Shown: positions 9,608 through 19,474, counted from the stretch's first letter. The stretch: 64,000 nucleotides of DNA from Candidatus Saccharimonadota bacterium (GCA_050486185.1 JBJHCT010000001.1:178866-242865); one strand, 5' to 3'. The notes: generated by a model not told the origin, from the sequence alone. Made by a program: numbers and translations.

Positions 9608-10191
9608 ACTGCTTGCCTACCTTCTAGCGCTCTACTGAGGGTGATTTGATCGGCATATTCAAGGTCACTGCCCATCGGTAGACCCCTAGCCAGTCTAGTA
9701 ATCTTAACTTCTGGCAACATCTGGCGGATATAGTGGGCGGTTGCTTCTCCTTCTACACTAGGATTGGTAGCTAGAATCAACTCCTCTATATCACCTTCCT
9801 CTACTCTACTCTTCAAACTCTCTAAATTTAGATGTTCTGGACCGATGCCATCTACCGGTGAAATAATGCCGCCTATGACGTGGTAAACCCCCTCAAAGCT
9901 ACCGGCTCGCTCTATGGCTATGACGTCTAGGGCGTCTTCTACGATAGCGATGATGCCTTGATCTCTTTTGGGGTTCTCACAGATATTACAGGTATCCTCA
10001 CTAGTTAGGTTGTAGCAACTCTGACACTCTTGAATGTTGATGTGAAGATCACTTAGAACTTCTGATAGTCTCTTAGCTTCGCCTGCACCTTTTTTGAGTA
10101 TCGACATAGCTAACCTCTCGGCCGTCCTAGGGCCTACACCTGGTAGTTTATTTAACTCTACAACTAGATCTTCAAGGGCTTTAGGTAGCAT
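9604..10191 (-). CDS. recR: Recombination protein RecR
   Basis: HhH LPGVGPRTAERLA, C4 zinc finger CQSCYNLTSEDTCNIC, Toprim region. Lies in the dnaX-ybaB-recR context. Confidence 0.9.
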   Translation of the reverse strand: MLPKALEDLVVELNKLPGVGPRTAERLAMSILKKGAGEAKRLSEVLSDLHINIQECQSCYNLTSEDTCNICENPKRDQGIIAIVEDALDVIAIERAGSFEGVYHVIGGIISPVDGIGPEHLNLESLKSRVEEGDIEELILATNPSVEGEATAHYIRQMLPEVKITRLARGLPMGSDLEYADQITLSRALEGRQAV

Positions 10192-10202
10192 TAGCTATTT
10201 CT

Positions 10203-10478
10203 TTAAAATCCCAAGTTGCCTAAATCTGCACTAGCAGACTTCATCTTATCAGCAGCTACTTGTTGTGACTTATTGATCGCTTGAGTGATGGCTGATTCTA
10301 GCCATTTCTCTAGTTTAGCTATATCATCGGTTGCTTCAGGGTCAATAGTTACTTTTTTGACTTTTTGTTCACCGGTAATCTGTACTGTTACAGCGCCATC
10401 TCCAGCGCTAACTTCGACGACCTCTTTACTCAGTTCTTTTTGTAGTTTGCGTAACTGCATAAGTTGTTTGGGATTCAT
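10203..10478 (-). CDS. ybaB: Nucleoid-associated protein YbaB/EbfC
   Basis: 91 aa; the MNPKQLMQLRKLQKEL start is typical of YbaB. Positioned between dnaX and recR. Confidence 0.8.
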   Translation of the reverse strand: MNPKQLMQLRKLQKELSKEVVEVSAGDGAVTVQITGEQKVKKVTIDPEATDDIAKLEKWLESAITQAINKSQQVAADKMKSASADLGNLGF

Positions 10479-10547
10479 ATATTTACCTCTTAATTTAATC
10501 TTTCACTACATTATATCAAGCCTGGAGCTTCTAGGCTAAGTACGCTT

Positions 10548-12119
10548 CTATTCAGTTATGACGTAAAACAGTACTTTGCTTACTATGAGCTCCGAGAATC
10601 GCTTCTCTGCCTGGGCGGTATCTATCTCTAGCTTATCAGCTAAAACTAAAGACTCCTCATTCGCAGCTAATAGGATAGTTGCTTGATCTGATATATCTAT
10701 ACCATCTTCATAGTAGCTAACGTCAATATCACTGCGTTCAAACAGTAGATATTGAATCGGCAGCAGGCTTTGTTCATCAGCTATTACTAAATATTGCTGA
10801 CCTGCTTCTTCCTCTGGCTTTTCCTCTAATATATACTGAGCCATTTCATAGCTATGTTCATAACTAGCTTCGATTGCCTCTTTAGAGTTAGCCCAAGCTA
10901 CGAAGTAGAGGTTGTAGTTGTAAAAGGCGCTGAAACCTACCGATAGTACGATGATAGTAGCACCGATATGCCAAGCTACTACGTTGAATGGGAATACGCC
11001 GCGCCAACGCATTAGTAGTTCACTTAAACCAACTGCTGCTAATAGGTAGATAATCGGCATGGCTGGAGCTAACATTGTAGCGCTAGGAGCTAGCCCTGGC
11101 TCTAAAGTGACCGCTACTATTACAGTGATAGTTAGCAGGATGATTAAACTAGCGTAACGTAAGTTGCGCCATTTCGTAAAAGCTAGAATCAATCCCAGTA
11201 TGAAGAGAATACCGGTAAATGCATTTAAGTGAGCTGTTGTGGGTAGGTTAAACATATATGATGGATCGCCATTAATATGTAACATCATTAGCGTGCTCAA
11301 AAGAGCAGAGAACATATCAGTAAATCCAGTTAAACTAGCGTTAATGCCGCTACTAACTAGTGAGTAGATTGCCAGCGGTAGAGCCATAGCCATAGCTCCT
11401 AACAAAATGATAGCTAGCGGTTTATATACTCGTTTCAATCTATCTTTATGTACAAACCAGCTATAGGTTAATATAGCTAGAACAGATAACGGAATTATCC
11501 ATGTTAATGGATAGATATATAGACCTAGACCCGCTACTAGGCCGGTAGCTGTGTAATGTCTTGCCTTGTTGGTCTTAACCGCTATAGCTAGTAGCCACAT
11601 AGCTGTTGGTAGTATCAACATAGCTAGTGAAAAATCCATTCCCAGTCTGCTGATTTGAGCGGCCCAAGCCGAAGCTGCCATAAAGAATATAGCGATTAAG
11701 CCGGCTCTTTTGGAAAACCAGCTTTTAGCAGCTAGGTAGGTCATCACTACTACTACTATCGATAGTAGGGCCGGTATGATTCTCAGCATTAAGGCACTGG
11801 TGTTAGAAAATAGAGCCAACAGACTCTGTAGATAGATGAAGACTACTGAAGAACCCAATGCTCCTACCTCAGGAGCCATGAGGTTGCCAGACGCTATCTC
11901 TTTAGCTAGTAGCCCTATCTGGGCCTCTGCAGGGTAGATACCGACCGGCAATTGAGCTGATGGTGGCAATATTCCCCAGAGCCTAAATAGAGCAGCTACC
12001 ATCAAAGAGATAATTAGAATCGTCCACTCTCTATGATCTATCGCCCAATCCATGCCGGTTTCAACTAACCCTTGGGCTTTTTTAGCCAGGGTGGATAGTT
12101 GGTCAAACAATGTATTCAT
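10548..12119 (-). CDS. Polytopic membrane protein, GT-C-fold (ArnT/PMT-like) glycosyltransferase candidate
   Basis: About 12 predicted TM segments. The first-loop region resembles the ArnT/PMT motif area, but DE is replaced by AE (YPAEAQIGLLAKEIASGNLMAP). Confidence 0.35.
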   Translation of the reverse strand: MNTLFDQLSTLAKKAQGLVETGMDWAIDHREWTILIISLMVAALFRLWGILPPSAQLPVGIYPAEAQIGLLAKEIASGNLMAPEVGALGSSVVFIYLQSLLALFSNTSALMLRIIPALLSIVVVVMTYLAAKSWFSKRAGLIAIFFMAASAWAAQISRLGMDFSLAMLILPTAMWLLAIAVKTNKARHYTATGLVAGLGLYIYPLTWIIPLSVLAILTYSWFVHKDRLKRVYKPLAIILLGAMAMALPLAIYSLVSSGINASLTGFTDMFSALLSTLMMLHINGDPSYMFNLPTTAHLNAFTGILFILGLILAFTKWRNLRYASLIILLTITVIVAVTLEPGLAPSATMLAPAMPIIYLLAAVGLSELLMRWRGVFPFNVVAWHIGATIIVLSVGFSAFYNYNLYFVAWANSKEAIEASYEHSYEMAQYILEEKPEEEAGQQYLVIADEQSLLPIQYLLFERSDIDVSYYEDGIDISDQATILLAANEESLVLADKLEIDTAQAEKRFSELIVSKVLFYVITE

Positions 12120-12143
12120 TGGTATCTAGACTCTCCTTTTGAC

Positions 12144-13475
12144 CTATTGTCTTTGTTTTTCTAAATCTCTAAATTGGGTCTTCTCGGCATGGAAGTATAG
12201 TTCAGCCTGCCCAATAGGTCCATTACGGTGCTTTTTGATAAATAGATCGGTAATGCCCTGTCTATCGGTATCGGGATTGTAGTAATCTTCACGGTAAAGG
12301 AACATCACTACATCGGCATCTTGCTCAATACTTCCAGATTCACGCAAATCTGCTAGTTGTGGTATCTGTGGACTTCTAGACTCTACACTTCTAGATAGCT
12401 GTGACAAAGCTAGTACCGGTACATTTAGCTCTCTAGCTAGACCTTTAAGGCCTCTAGATATCTCAGAGACTTCCTGGACACGGTTTTCACCGTAATTACC
12501 TCTACCGCTCATGAGCTGCAAGTAGTCAACGATAATGAGGCCTAGGCCGTGCTGGCTCTGTATGCGTCTAGCTTTAGTGCGCATATCCATAACATTAGCC
12601 ATAGGGGTGTCATCTATAAATATAGGGGCTTCAGATAATACACCCATAGCATCACCGATCTTGGCAAAGTCTTTATCATCTAAGTTACCGGTTCTAAGTT
12701 TCCATGAATCTACACTAGCCTCGGCGCTAAGCAGCCTATCGACTAACTGTTCCTGACTCATCTCTAGAGAGAATAGACCGACCGGTATACCCTCCTCTAT
12801 AGCTACGTGGTGAGCAATATTAAGCGCAAATGATGATTTACCCATAGCCGGCCTAGCAGCTAGGATTAAAAGATCGGAGTTTTGTAAACCTGCTAGAACT
12901 TTGTCGATACTACGAAAGCCGGTAGGTACACCCCGCAATTTGCCTTTATCTTTACTTAGCTCCTCTATTCTATCGAAGCTTTCATTTAAAACATCCCCTA
13001 TTGAACGAAAGGCCTGACGGTTCTTATTCTCTGAAACACCATATAGTAGCTGTTCAGCCTGATCGATCAGCTCGGCCGTATCTTGGCTGTCGCTATATCC
13101 TAGAGTAGTAATTTCTTGAGCTGCACCTATTAGTCTGCGCAGGGTAGCTTTTTTAGCTACTATCTCAGCATATTCTTGTACGTGAGCAGCGCTAGGTACG
13201 GAGTTAGCGAGATCAGTTACGTAACTAGCTCCACCGACTTTTTCGATCAATCCACTGCTCTCTAGTTTTTCGGTAACTGTTAATATATCGATCGGTCTGC
13301 GCTGTTCATACAGCTGCAAAATACTAGAGAATATCTGGCTATGCCGATTTTCATAGAAGTCATTAGTACTAACCATATCGGCTATCTTAATCATAGCTTC
13401 TTGGTCGATTAGAACACTGCCTATTAGGCTAGCCTCGGCTTCAATATTTTGTGGAGGAATCTTATCGGCCACCAT
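12144..13475 (-). CDS. dnaB: Replicative DNA helicase DnaB
   Basis: N-terminal DnaB domain PPQNIEAEASLIGSVL, Walker A ARPAMGKSSFALN, and GLIIVDYLQLM. Confidence 0.9.
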   Translation of the reverse strand: MVADKIPPQNIEAEASLIGSVLIDQEAMIKIADMVSTNDFYENRHSQIFSSILQLYEQRRPIDILTVTEKLESSGLIEKVGGASYVTDLANSVPSAAHVQEYAEIVAKKATLRRLIGAAQEITTLGYSDSQDTAELIDQAEQLLYGVSENKNRQAFRSIGDVLNESFDRIEELSKDKGKLRGVPTGFRSIDKVLAGLQNSDLLILAARPAMGKSSFALNIAHHVAIEEGIPVGLFSLEMSQEQLVDRLLSAEASVDSWKLRTGNLDDKDFAKIGDAMGVLSEAPIFIDDTPMANVMDMRTKARRIQSQHGLGLIIVDYLQLMSGRGNYGENRVQEVSEISRGLKGLARELNVPVLALSQLSRSVESRSPQIPQLADLRESGSIEQDADVVMFLYREDYYNPDTDRQGITDLFIKKHRNGPIGQAELYFHAEKTQFRDLEKQRQ

Positions 13476-13518
13476 GCACCTCTTTAATAGTTATTGCCCT
13501 TTAGGGTCGTATTTAACA

Positions 13519-15042
13519 TCATACCGCCTCACCCCCCAATATACTAGTGACTTGAGATATGGCATCTAAATCCTCATCATTACTACCTTCTTGGCTAGTT
13601 TCTGGTTCTACATTGGCTTTACGACTAGCAGATCGTTTGCTCATAACTATATTGAGCTTGATATCGCTACCGGTCGCTTGGTTAAGGGCATCACTGATTA
13701 ATCCATAGTTTTTGGGTTCATTGAGTCTACGGTAGTGAAACTGAAAACCGACTTTGATATTGCAATCTTTATCACCTAAATCAACATCAGTATTAGCTAG
13801 TAGAGAATACAGGGACTGTTGTTTGACTTTAATAATACTTAAAGCTTTGATCCAGGCTTGATTATCAAGCGATTTATTCTCTCGCACCTCTTTAGCAGAT
13901 ACTGGACTTATATCGGTATCTACTGCCTGCTTTTTGGTTTCGGTGTTTTTAACAGTATTTTGGGTTTTAGGACTTGGGTCAGGCTTCTTATCCTTCTTTA
14001 CATCTTCTTTTGAGGCTAAATCTGGCTTTGCATCACTTCTTTCGCTTGAGTTTGAGGTATTAGTAGGGTTACTACTAGTTTCAGTAGCTGCTTTGAGTAA
14101 TAACACTTCTAGGGCAAATTCAGCATGTACTAGATTACTGGGCAGTCTTGAGAGGCTATCTAATAGATTAGAAACTATATCTATCGGTTGGTTATTCTCT
14201 AACCTATTTCTAATTTGTGATCTTAAACTAATTAGTAGTTGTTTGACCAAGACTTGTGGTGATATACCACCACTAATTATCTGATCATATATCTTAATAA
14301 CTTCTTGCCTATCACTAGACTCAACAGCTTCAATCAGTTTGTTGATGTCTTGGCTTTTAGCCAGCCCAACTACAGACTCTACTTCTTTGATTCCTATCTT
14401 TTTAGCTGGTGAAGAGCCGATCTGATCTAGCAAGCTGATACTATCTCTCATGCTACCCTCACCTAGTTCGGTGATGAGCTCAATAGCTGTATCATCTATC
14501 TTGATCTTTTCTAAATCGGCGATTTTGCGTAAGTGAGCTGCTACATCCTGTTTTGAGATAGGTTGGAATGGGAAGTGTTGAGTTCTAGAGATAATGGTGG
14601 CTGGTAACTTATGTGGTTCAGTAGTAGCTAATACGAAGATTACGTGAGATGGTGGCTCTTCTAGGGTTTTAAGTAGAGCATTAAAGGCTGCTGTTGATAG
14701 CATATGGACTTCGTCTATGATGTAGACTTTGTATTTAGTGTAGTTCGGAGCTATATGGACTTTTTCTCTTAACTCACGTATCTCTTCTACTCCATTGTTG
14801 CTAGCTGCATCGATCTCGATTATATCCGGATGATCGATTGCCTCCTCTAGCTCATTGACTCTTCTTGCTAAGATTCTAGCTGCGCTGGTCTTACCCACAC
14901 CTCTAGGGCCGGTGAAAAGGTAAGCATGAGAGATTATCTGATTCTTAACAGCATTCTCTAAAGCTTTTGATACGTAGTCCTGGCCGACTAACTCGGAAAA
15001 ATCCTGACTACGATAGTGACGATATAGAGCTAGTTTGCCCAA
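13519..15042 (-). CDS. dnaX: DNA polymerase III subunit gamma/tau
   Basis: AAA+ GPRGVGKTS and IIDEVHMLS motifs, with a tau-like C-terminal extension. Confidence 0.9.
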   Translation of the reverse strand: MGKLALYRHYRSQDFSELVGQDYVSKALENAVKNQIISHAYLFTGPRGVGKTSAARILARRVNELEEAIDHPDIIEIDAASNNGVEEIRELREKVHIAPNYTKYKVYIIDEVHMLSTAAFNALLKTLEEPPSHVIFVLATTEPHKLPATIISRTQHFPFQPISKQDVAAHLRKIADLEKIKIDDTAIELITELGEGSMRDSISLLDQIGSSPAKKIGIKEVESVVGLAKSQDINKLIEAVESSDRQEVIKIYDQIISGGISPQVLVKQLLISLRSQIRNRLENNQPIDIVSNLLDSLSRLPSNLVHAEFALEVLLLKAATETSSNPTNTSNSSERSDAKPDLASKEDVKKDKKPDPSPKTQNTVKNTETKKQAVDTDISPVSAKEVRENKSLDNQAWIKALSIIKVKQQSLYSLLANTDVDLGDKDCNIKVGFQFHYRRLNEPKNYGLISDALNQATGSDIKLNIVMSKRSASRKANVEPETSQEGSNDEDLDAISQVTSILGGEAV

Positions 15043-15136
15043 AGTAATTCATCTCCTCTAACAACTTTTATAACTTTAAGTATGACGCAAACAGCCAATA
15101 AATTCCAGGTAAGCCTGGGGCTGAAATTGTATTGGT

Positions 15137-15727
15137 CTAGCTAGTGATAGCTGCTTCTATAGCTGCCCACTCGGCCGTTTCATCCTCTGGGACTACTGCA
15201 GTAACCTGATCGCCAACTTGAGCTTTGAAATACGTTACGCTAGCTAGCAATACTCTATATTCGATATCATCAACTTTGACGTAGTATTGACCATTACGCT
15301 GCTCAACAGTACCGATGACTTTCTTGCGTGGCACAGGGCCGATCTGTTTGTAGATGAAAGTGCCATCATCAGCGATAGTTAGTTTCAAAATATCACCTTG
15401 AACTAGCTTGGATTTAGAGGCATAGTTGGCCGGCACTGGGTAGGTTTTACCATCTGGGCCAATCATGTTTTGACCATCGAATACACCTTCGATGACTTTA
15501 CCGATATCTTCACTAGAAACATGACGTGAGCTACTCTCTTCATCACCCACTAAACTAATGAGCAACTCTTTAGCTGCGGCTACACTTGTCTCTGCTTCGT
15601 CAAGTAGCGCTCGTAAGCGTTTTATTTGTTTGTCTGCTATGTCTGCCATTTTTGTGTCCTTTAAAAACGTAGAATAAAGCTCCCTAGCTTCATCTCTATC
15701 AACAACTATACTAGTAATAGTATACAA
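15137..15727 (-). CDS. Hypothetical protein
   Basis: 196-aa ORF with no recognisable motif. It may start at the internal MADIADKQIKRL. Confidence 0.35.
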   Translation of the reverse strand: MYTITSIVVDRDEARELYSTFLKDTKMADIADKQIKRLRALLDEAETSVAAAKELLISLVGDEESSSRHVSSEDIGKVIEGVFDGQNMIGPDGKTYPVPANYASKSKLVQGDILKLTIADDGTFIYKQIGPVPRKKVIGTVEQRNGQYYVKVDDIEYRVLLASVTYFKAQVGDQVTAVVPEDETAEWAAIEAAITS

Positions 15728-15827
15728 AAGTCAAAAAATTTATTCAATATGTTGACTCTGGTTAGTTTTGTTGTACTTATATTTTTTTATACCAAGCTTA
15801 ATTAGTTTCTTTGATAAACTCCATAAC

Positions 15828-16424
15828 TCATCGTGTCACCACTCTCCATCCAAAAACTCGCGTATTACCAGATGGATTATACAGTTCCAGTTTCATGCTC
15901 GATGCAGCCTTAGCTGCAAACAAAGCACTTAGGCCAAATGAGTCACCATTGGCGGCTGTACCATCAGACACTCGACCCAGCGATGAAGTAGTTCGATTTA
16001 TTGCCACTGTGTCATCAATCGTTAGGCGTACGCCTACACCAAAGCCCTGGATCGATCCACCAATCAGCTCAACTGGCACGGCAATATCAAAGATTGTGTG
16101 ATATGAGCTTGCTGATACTGACTGAGAAGTACCTTCGTGAAAGGTTAGCTCTCCTGCGTCTGCGGCTGTGATTGGTAGTACTACAGACTCCCCAATCTGC
16201 CCCTCAACCCATTGCTTATTAGCAACATCAGTGTCATTGACTGGATCTGCTACTTGCAATCTACCCCATTCATCATAGGCTGCTAGCCTACTACCTCCTG
16301 CTGTTGTTCCATCATGTACTCTAAGAGTTTTATTAGTAGTATCTACTGTAACTTCTCTAGCTGCTCCAGTGAAGCTATCGTTATCTGTATTACTACCACC
16401 TCTTAGTTGTACTTGGTCGGGCAT
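15828..16424 (-). CDS. Tail-fibre-repeat (HylP-type) paralog #1: conserved N-module plus unique C-terminal domain
   Basis: N-terminus MPDQVQLRGGSNTDNDSFTGAAREVTVDTTNKTLRVHDGTTAGGSRL matches the phage tail fibre repeat pattern QLR.GT...E...DT..L..GDG.T. The 5' ~230 nt are near-identical to four other loci. Confidence 0.7.
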   Translation of the reverse strand: MPDQVQLRGGSNTDNDSFTGAAREVTVDTTNKTLRVHDGTTAGGSRLAAYDEWGRLQVADPVNDTDVANKQWVEGQIGESVVLPITAADAGELTFHEGTSQSVSASSYHTIFDIAVPVELIGGSIQGFGVGVRLTIDDTVAINRTTSSLGRVSDGTAANGDSFGLSALFAAKAASSMKLELYNPSGNTRVFGWRVVTR

Positions 16425-16450
16425 AATCTACCTTTTTATATATAACCCTT

Positions 16451-16480
16451 ATACTAAACCAAATACTCTGGAGTAGTCAA
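16451..16480 (-). promoter_or_regulatory. Sigma70-like promoter of fibre paralog #1 (TTGACT-N18-TAGTAT)
   Basis: On the reverse strand: TTGACTactccagagtatttggttTAGTAT, then about 30 nt and an AAAAGGTAGA Shine-Dalgarno sequence before the ATG. Confidence 0.4.
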
Positions 16481-16487
16481 TTTTAAG

Positions 16488-16525
16488 ATCAAATAAAAAA
16501 ACCACTACCCTTTTAAAAGTAGTGG
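16488..16525 (-). terminator. Rho-independent terminator downstream of rplL
   Basis: Reverse-strand hairpin CCACUAC-loop-GUAGUGG followed by UUUUUUUAUUU, about 37 nt after the rplL stop. Confidence 0.6.
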
Positions 16526-16561
16526 TTAATTACCCCCTAACCCTAAAGAAGTTTTTTAGCC

Positions 16562-17020
16562 CTAGGCTAGCTCTACGCTAGCACCAGCTTCTTCTAGCTT
16601 AGCTTTGGCTTCTTCAGCTTCTTCCTTAGGCGCGTTTTCTTTAACTGCCTTTGGAGCGCCATCAACTATAGCTTTACTTTCAGCTAGGCCTAGTCCGGTA
16701 ATTTCACGAACTGCCTTGATGACGTTGATCTTGCTAGCACCAGCGTCAGTTAGAGTGATAGTAAACTCACTCTTTTCTTCTGCTGCGCCACCTTCAGCGT
16801 CTCCACCAGCTGCTGGAGCAGCGGCAACTGCCATAGGAGCAGCTGCTGATACACCGAAGTGCTCTTCTAGAATCTTAACTAGTTCGCTTAGATCTAGAGC
16901 GCTCAAGCTTTCTATATCTTTAACTATACTAGCAAACTTTTTAGGTATCTCTACCTTAGTTTCTTCTTTAGTCTCTTTAACTTCCTTAGTATCTTTAGTT
17001 TCTTTCTTATCTTCTGCCAT
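16562..17020 (-). CDS. rplL: 50S ribosomal protein L7/L12 with Lys/Glu-rich N-terminal extension
   Basis: ...[22 protein letters not shown]...[22 protein letters not shown]... is a conserved L12 core. It follows rplJ. Confidence 0.9.
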   Translation of the reverse strand: MAEDKKETKDTKEVKETKEETKVEIPKKFASIVKDIESLSALDLSELVKILEEHFGVSAAAPMAVAAAPAAGGDAEGGAAEEKSEFTITLTDAGASKINVIKAVREITGLGLAESKAIVDGAPKAVKENAPKEEAEEAKAKLEEAGASVELA

Positions 17021-17048
17021 TTTAATCTCCTTATTTCTTAGTATTAAA

Positions 17049-17573
17049 TTAACTTTTAGCTTGGGCCGCTTTATCTAGTACTGTAACTAGACCTCGCAAG
17101 TTGCCCGATAGTACACCAACAAAGCCAGATAGTGGCGCGGCGATAGTGCCAACAAGCTGAGCTTGCAACACTTCTTTGGCCGGTAGATCAGCTAGTCGCT
17201 TGATCTCCTCAGCCGATAGTACTGTTCCTTGATCATCTATAGCCATGATCGGCTTTAGACTCTCATGTTTCTTGGCGTGTTCTGAGATAGTTTTAGCTAC
17301 TGCAACTGGATCGTTGTAGCCAAAAGCCATAACTACTGGGCCCTCTAGCTCGGATAGGTCCACATCTTTATGGGTTTCAGATACGGCAATCTTCAACATA
17401 GCGTTTTTAACTACTCTGAAGTTACCGCCTTGTTCCTTGATGGCCTTTCGAAGATTCTGAGAATCTTCTACAGATAGGCCGGTGTAGCTAGATAGAACAC
17501 TTAGACTGCTTTTGCTAAGCTCATCTTTGATATCGGCTACTTGAGCCTCTTTTGCTTGTCTGGATATAGCCAT
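17049..17573 (-). CDS. rplJ: 50S ribosomal protein L10
   Basis: L10-like sequence, immediately upstream of rplL. Confidence 0.85.
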   Translation of the reverse strand: MAISRQAKEAQVADIKDELSKSSLSVLSSYTGLSVEDSQNLRKAIKEQGGNFRVVKNAMLKIAVSETHKDVDLSELEGPVVMAFGYNDPVAVAKTISEHAKKHESLKPIMAIDDQGTVLSAEEIKRLADLPAKEVLQAQLVGTIAAPLSGFVGVLSGNLRGLVTVLDKAAQAKS

Positions 17574-17617
17574 AAACTATATTCTCCCTATATATTTAGT
17601 TGATTTTTTAAGTGAGC

Positions 17618-17658
17618 ATAAAAAAAGTCTTTGGATTATCGACCAAAAACCAAAGACC
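17618..17658 (-). terminator. Hairpin plus U-tract in the rplJ leader (attenuator/terminator candidate)
   Basis: Reverse strand: GUCUUUGG-15 nt-CCAAAGAC followed by UUUUUUUAUGC, about 45 nt upstream of the rplJ start. Confidence 0.4.
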
Positions 17659-17868
17659 TATCTTTTATCCTTTTTTAGATAGTTACAAAAATATCTATTA
17701 CTAGACCTTTTTTGGTAACTTTCACCTAGGTAGTCTGATTTATTAAGTTCTTTGTTACAAGAACGGCTACGGTCTTTGGCTCACTAGGGATTAATATACA
17801 CTTTAAATAGGCTATTTGTCAAAAAATCCTTCCTAAAAGTTGGCAACAATTGTATACTTCTTCGAGTT

Positions 17869-18513
17869 ATGAGTATAGATGACCAACAATCAGACAACAC
17901 CTTAAGTAGCGATATCGACGCTAAAATTGCCAAGGATATGACTAAGGTAGACTATGAGCAGAAGATCGCTGAGCTAGAGGCGAAAATAGAAGAGCTAGAG
18001 GGTCGAGTAGTGACCGACTTTCTAACCGGTATCTATAATCGGCGCGGCTTAGAGGCATTGATGAACCGTGAATGGAACAGAATTAAAAGACTAGATAGCC
18101 CTAAAAGCCAAATCTTTTCTATAATCTGTATCGATAAGGACAATTTTAAAAGTATTAACGACAAATACGGCCACCTAAGTGGTGATATAGCCCTAAAGTC
18201 CATCGCCGAGCTATTAGAATCGTCCGTGCGAGAAAGTGATATCGTGGCTAGGTTTGGTGGCGATGAGTTTGTAGTAGTGCTACTTTCAACCGATACTGAA
18301 GAAGCTAAGCGGATAGCCGATGAGCTTGTTGATGTAGTAGCTAAGAACAAGATCACTAGTATTGATGGTAGGGACTTCTACTGCAAGATGTCTGCTGGTG
18401 TAAGCACCTATAAAGACCATCAAGATTGGCGCGAAGTCCTACATGAAGCCGACCAGGCGCTACTACAAGTCAAGGCTAAAGATAAAGGCAGAGCCCTTGC
18501 TTACGAGGTTTAA
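17869..18513 (+). CDS. GGDEF-domain diguanylate cyclase with N-terminal coiled coil
   Basis: Contains GIYNRRGL and the RFGGDEF active-site motif. Confidence 0.85.
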   Translation: MSIDDQQSDNTLSSDIDAKIAKDMTKVDYEQKIAELEAKIEELEGRVVTDFLTGIYNRRGLEALMNREWNRIKRLDSPKSQIFSIICIDKDNFKSINDKYGHLSGDIALKSIAELLESSVRESDIVARFGGDEFVVVLLSTDTEEAKRIADELVDVVAKNKITSIDGRDFYCKMSAGVSTYKDHQDWREVLHEADQALLQVKAKDKGRALAYEV

Positions 18514-18707
18514 ATATCCTCTTGTATTAACTGCTTCCAGGTTTTGTAGTTGACAAGAGCCACTTATATCGAGTAATTTAGTTGGTATGTCAGTGCAACC
18601 AATCAATAGAATCATGTTTAGCAGTTCTCCGCTTAGCGGTCTGGTGCTAATTGTGGGTGATATTAGATAGGTTGAAGCCTCTGGCATAAAAAAGTTAAAG
18701 AAATAAC

Positions 18708-18746
18708 AATCCCGGGACTTCAACCAAGAAGCCTCGGGATTTTTAA
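18708..18746 (+). terminator. Terminator-like hairpin after the GGDEF gene
   Basis: AATCCCGGGACTTC-6 nt-GAAGCCTCGGGATT with 3 internal mismatches, followed by TTTTAATTT. Confidence 0.4.
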
Positions 18747-18882
18747 TTTAAAGTGTTTTGATGAAAGCTTTTATCGATAACGATAATAAAAGTTTTCATG
18801 GAATCGCTTCAAAGATTCCAATATTCTTGAGGGGCAACCTTCAGGATGTACATCAACAAAGCGGGAGAAAGGCAGATGAGGG

Positions 18883-19293
18883 ATGGATGCTATCGCGCAA
18901 CAAGAAGTGACTACTGACCCTTGGAGGTATCCGATGTTCGATCCCAAGTACGACAACAGCAACACTCAGCGTCGCCATATGTTGGCGGTCGGCCGAATTC
19001 CTAGACTGATTGGCGATCTAAAGAAAGGCAAAAGAACTCTCGACGAGAAGTTCGTGCGCCTTCTCTACTCGGAGTATCGGGCCTACTGGCGAAGTCGCCA
19101 TCCTTTCCACATGCGGCTGCAGCACTGTCAGATGAAGGAGACCGGTGCCTTCTATGGCTGGTCTCTTGGCAAAATTTTGGAGTACCTCAGCACTCCAGAT
19201 GACACCACCAAGGAGGGTGCTTGCGAGGCTGTATGCATCCTCAGAAATTCCGTCAAGGCTAATGTGGTTGATGACTTACTGGCTCTTAGCTAG
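18883..19293 (+). CDS. Hypothetical basic (Arg/Trp/His-rich) 136-aa protein in a GC-shifted islet
   Basis: ORF is visibly GC-richer than its flanks. Has the SD-like GGGAGAAAGG upstream. No recognisable family. Confidence 0.3.
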   Translation: MDAIAQQEVTTDPWRYPMFDPKYDNSNTQRRHMLAVGRIPRLIGDLKKGKRTLDEKFVRLLYSEYRAYWRSRHPFHMRLQHCQMKETGAFYGWSLGKILEYLSTPDDTTKEGACEAVCILRNSVKANVVDDLLALS

Positions 19294-19394
19294 AGCCTCA
19301 GACACCACTACTCCCCGGGATTGAGGCTGCAAAGGATGTACTTATCTAGTGAGTAACCCTTACTAGCTTTGGACATCGTGCCTCTTTCCCGACT

Positions 19395-19453
19395 GGGGCG
19401 GCGAGTCATAGTCATGTGGATGATAGATCCATCCTAGGCTGACTCGCCGCCCC
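19395..19453. repeat. Perfect 14-bp GC-rich inverted repeat (GGGGCGGCGAGTCA ... TGACTCGCCGCCCC) with 31-nt loop
   Basis: Read directly from the sequence. No U-tract on either side, so it is not a canonical intrinsic terminator. Confidence 0.6.
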
Positions 19454-19474
19454 TAACCAAACACTTCTCCCGCT

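Noticed and set aside
15043-15136. Possible SRP (4.5S) RNA upstream of dnaX, as in the Bacillus scr-dnaX-ybaB-recR arrangement
   Set aside because: The spacer has only a short CCAGG-loop-CCTGG hairpin. It lacks the conserved domain IV (GGAA tetraloop / AGGUCAGGUCCGGAAGGAAGCAGC) sequence.
16605-17078. 157-aa Ser/Ala-rich ORF antisense to rplL, and similar antisense ORFs inside AI-2E, dnaX, secY, fusA, tuf and others
   Set aside because: These lie entirely within well-supported conserved genes on the opposite strand. They are low-complexity or repetitive translations typical of spurious antisense ORFs.
18514-19474. tmRNA, RNase P RNA or a group I/II intron in the GC-shifted intergenic region
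   Set aside because: No tRNA-like GGTTCGA-type T-arm with CCA end. No RNase P P4 consensus. No intron domain V or reverse transcriptase ORF.
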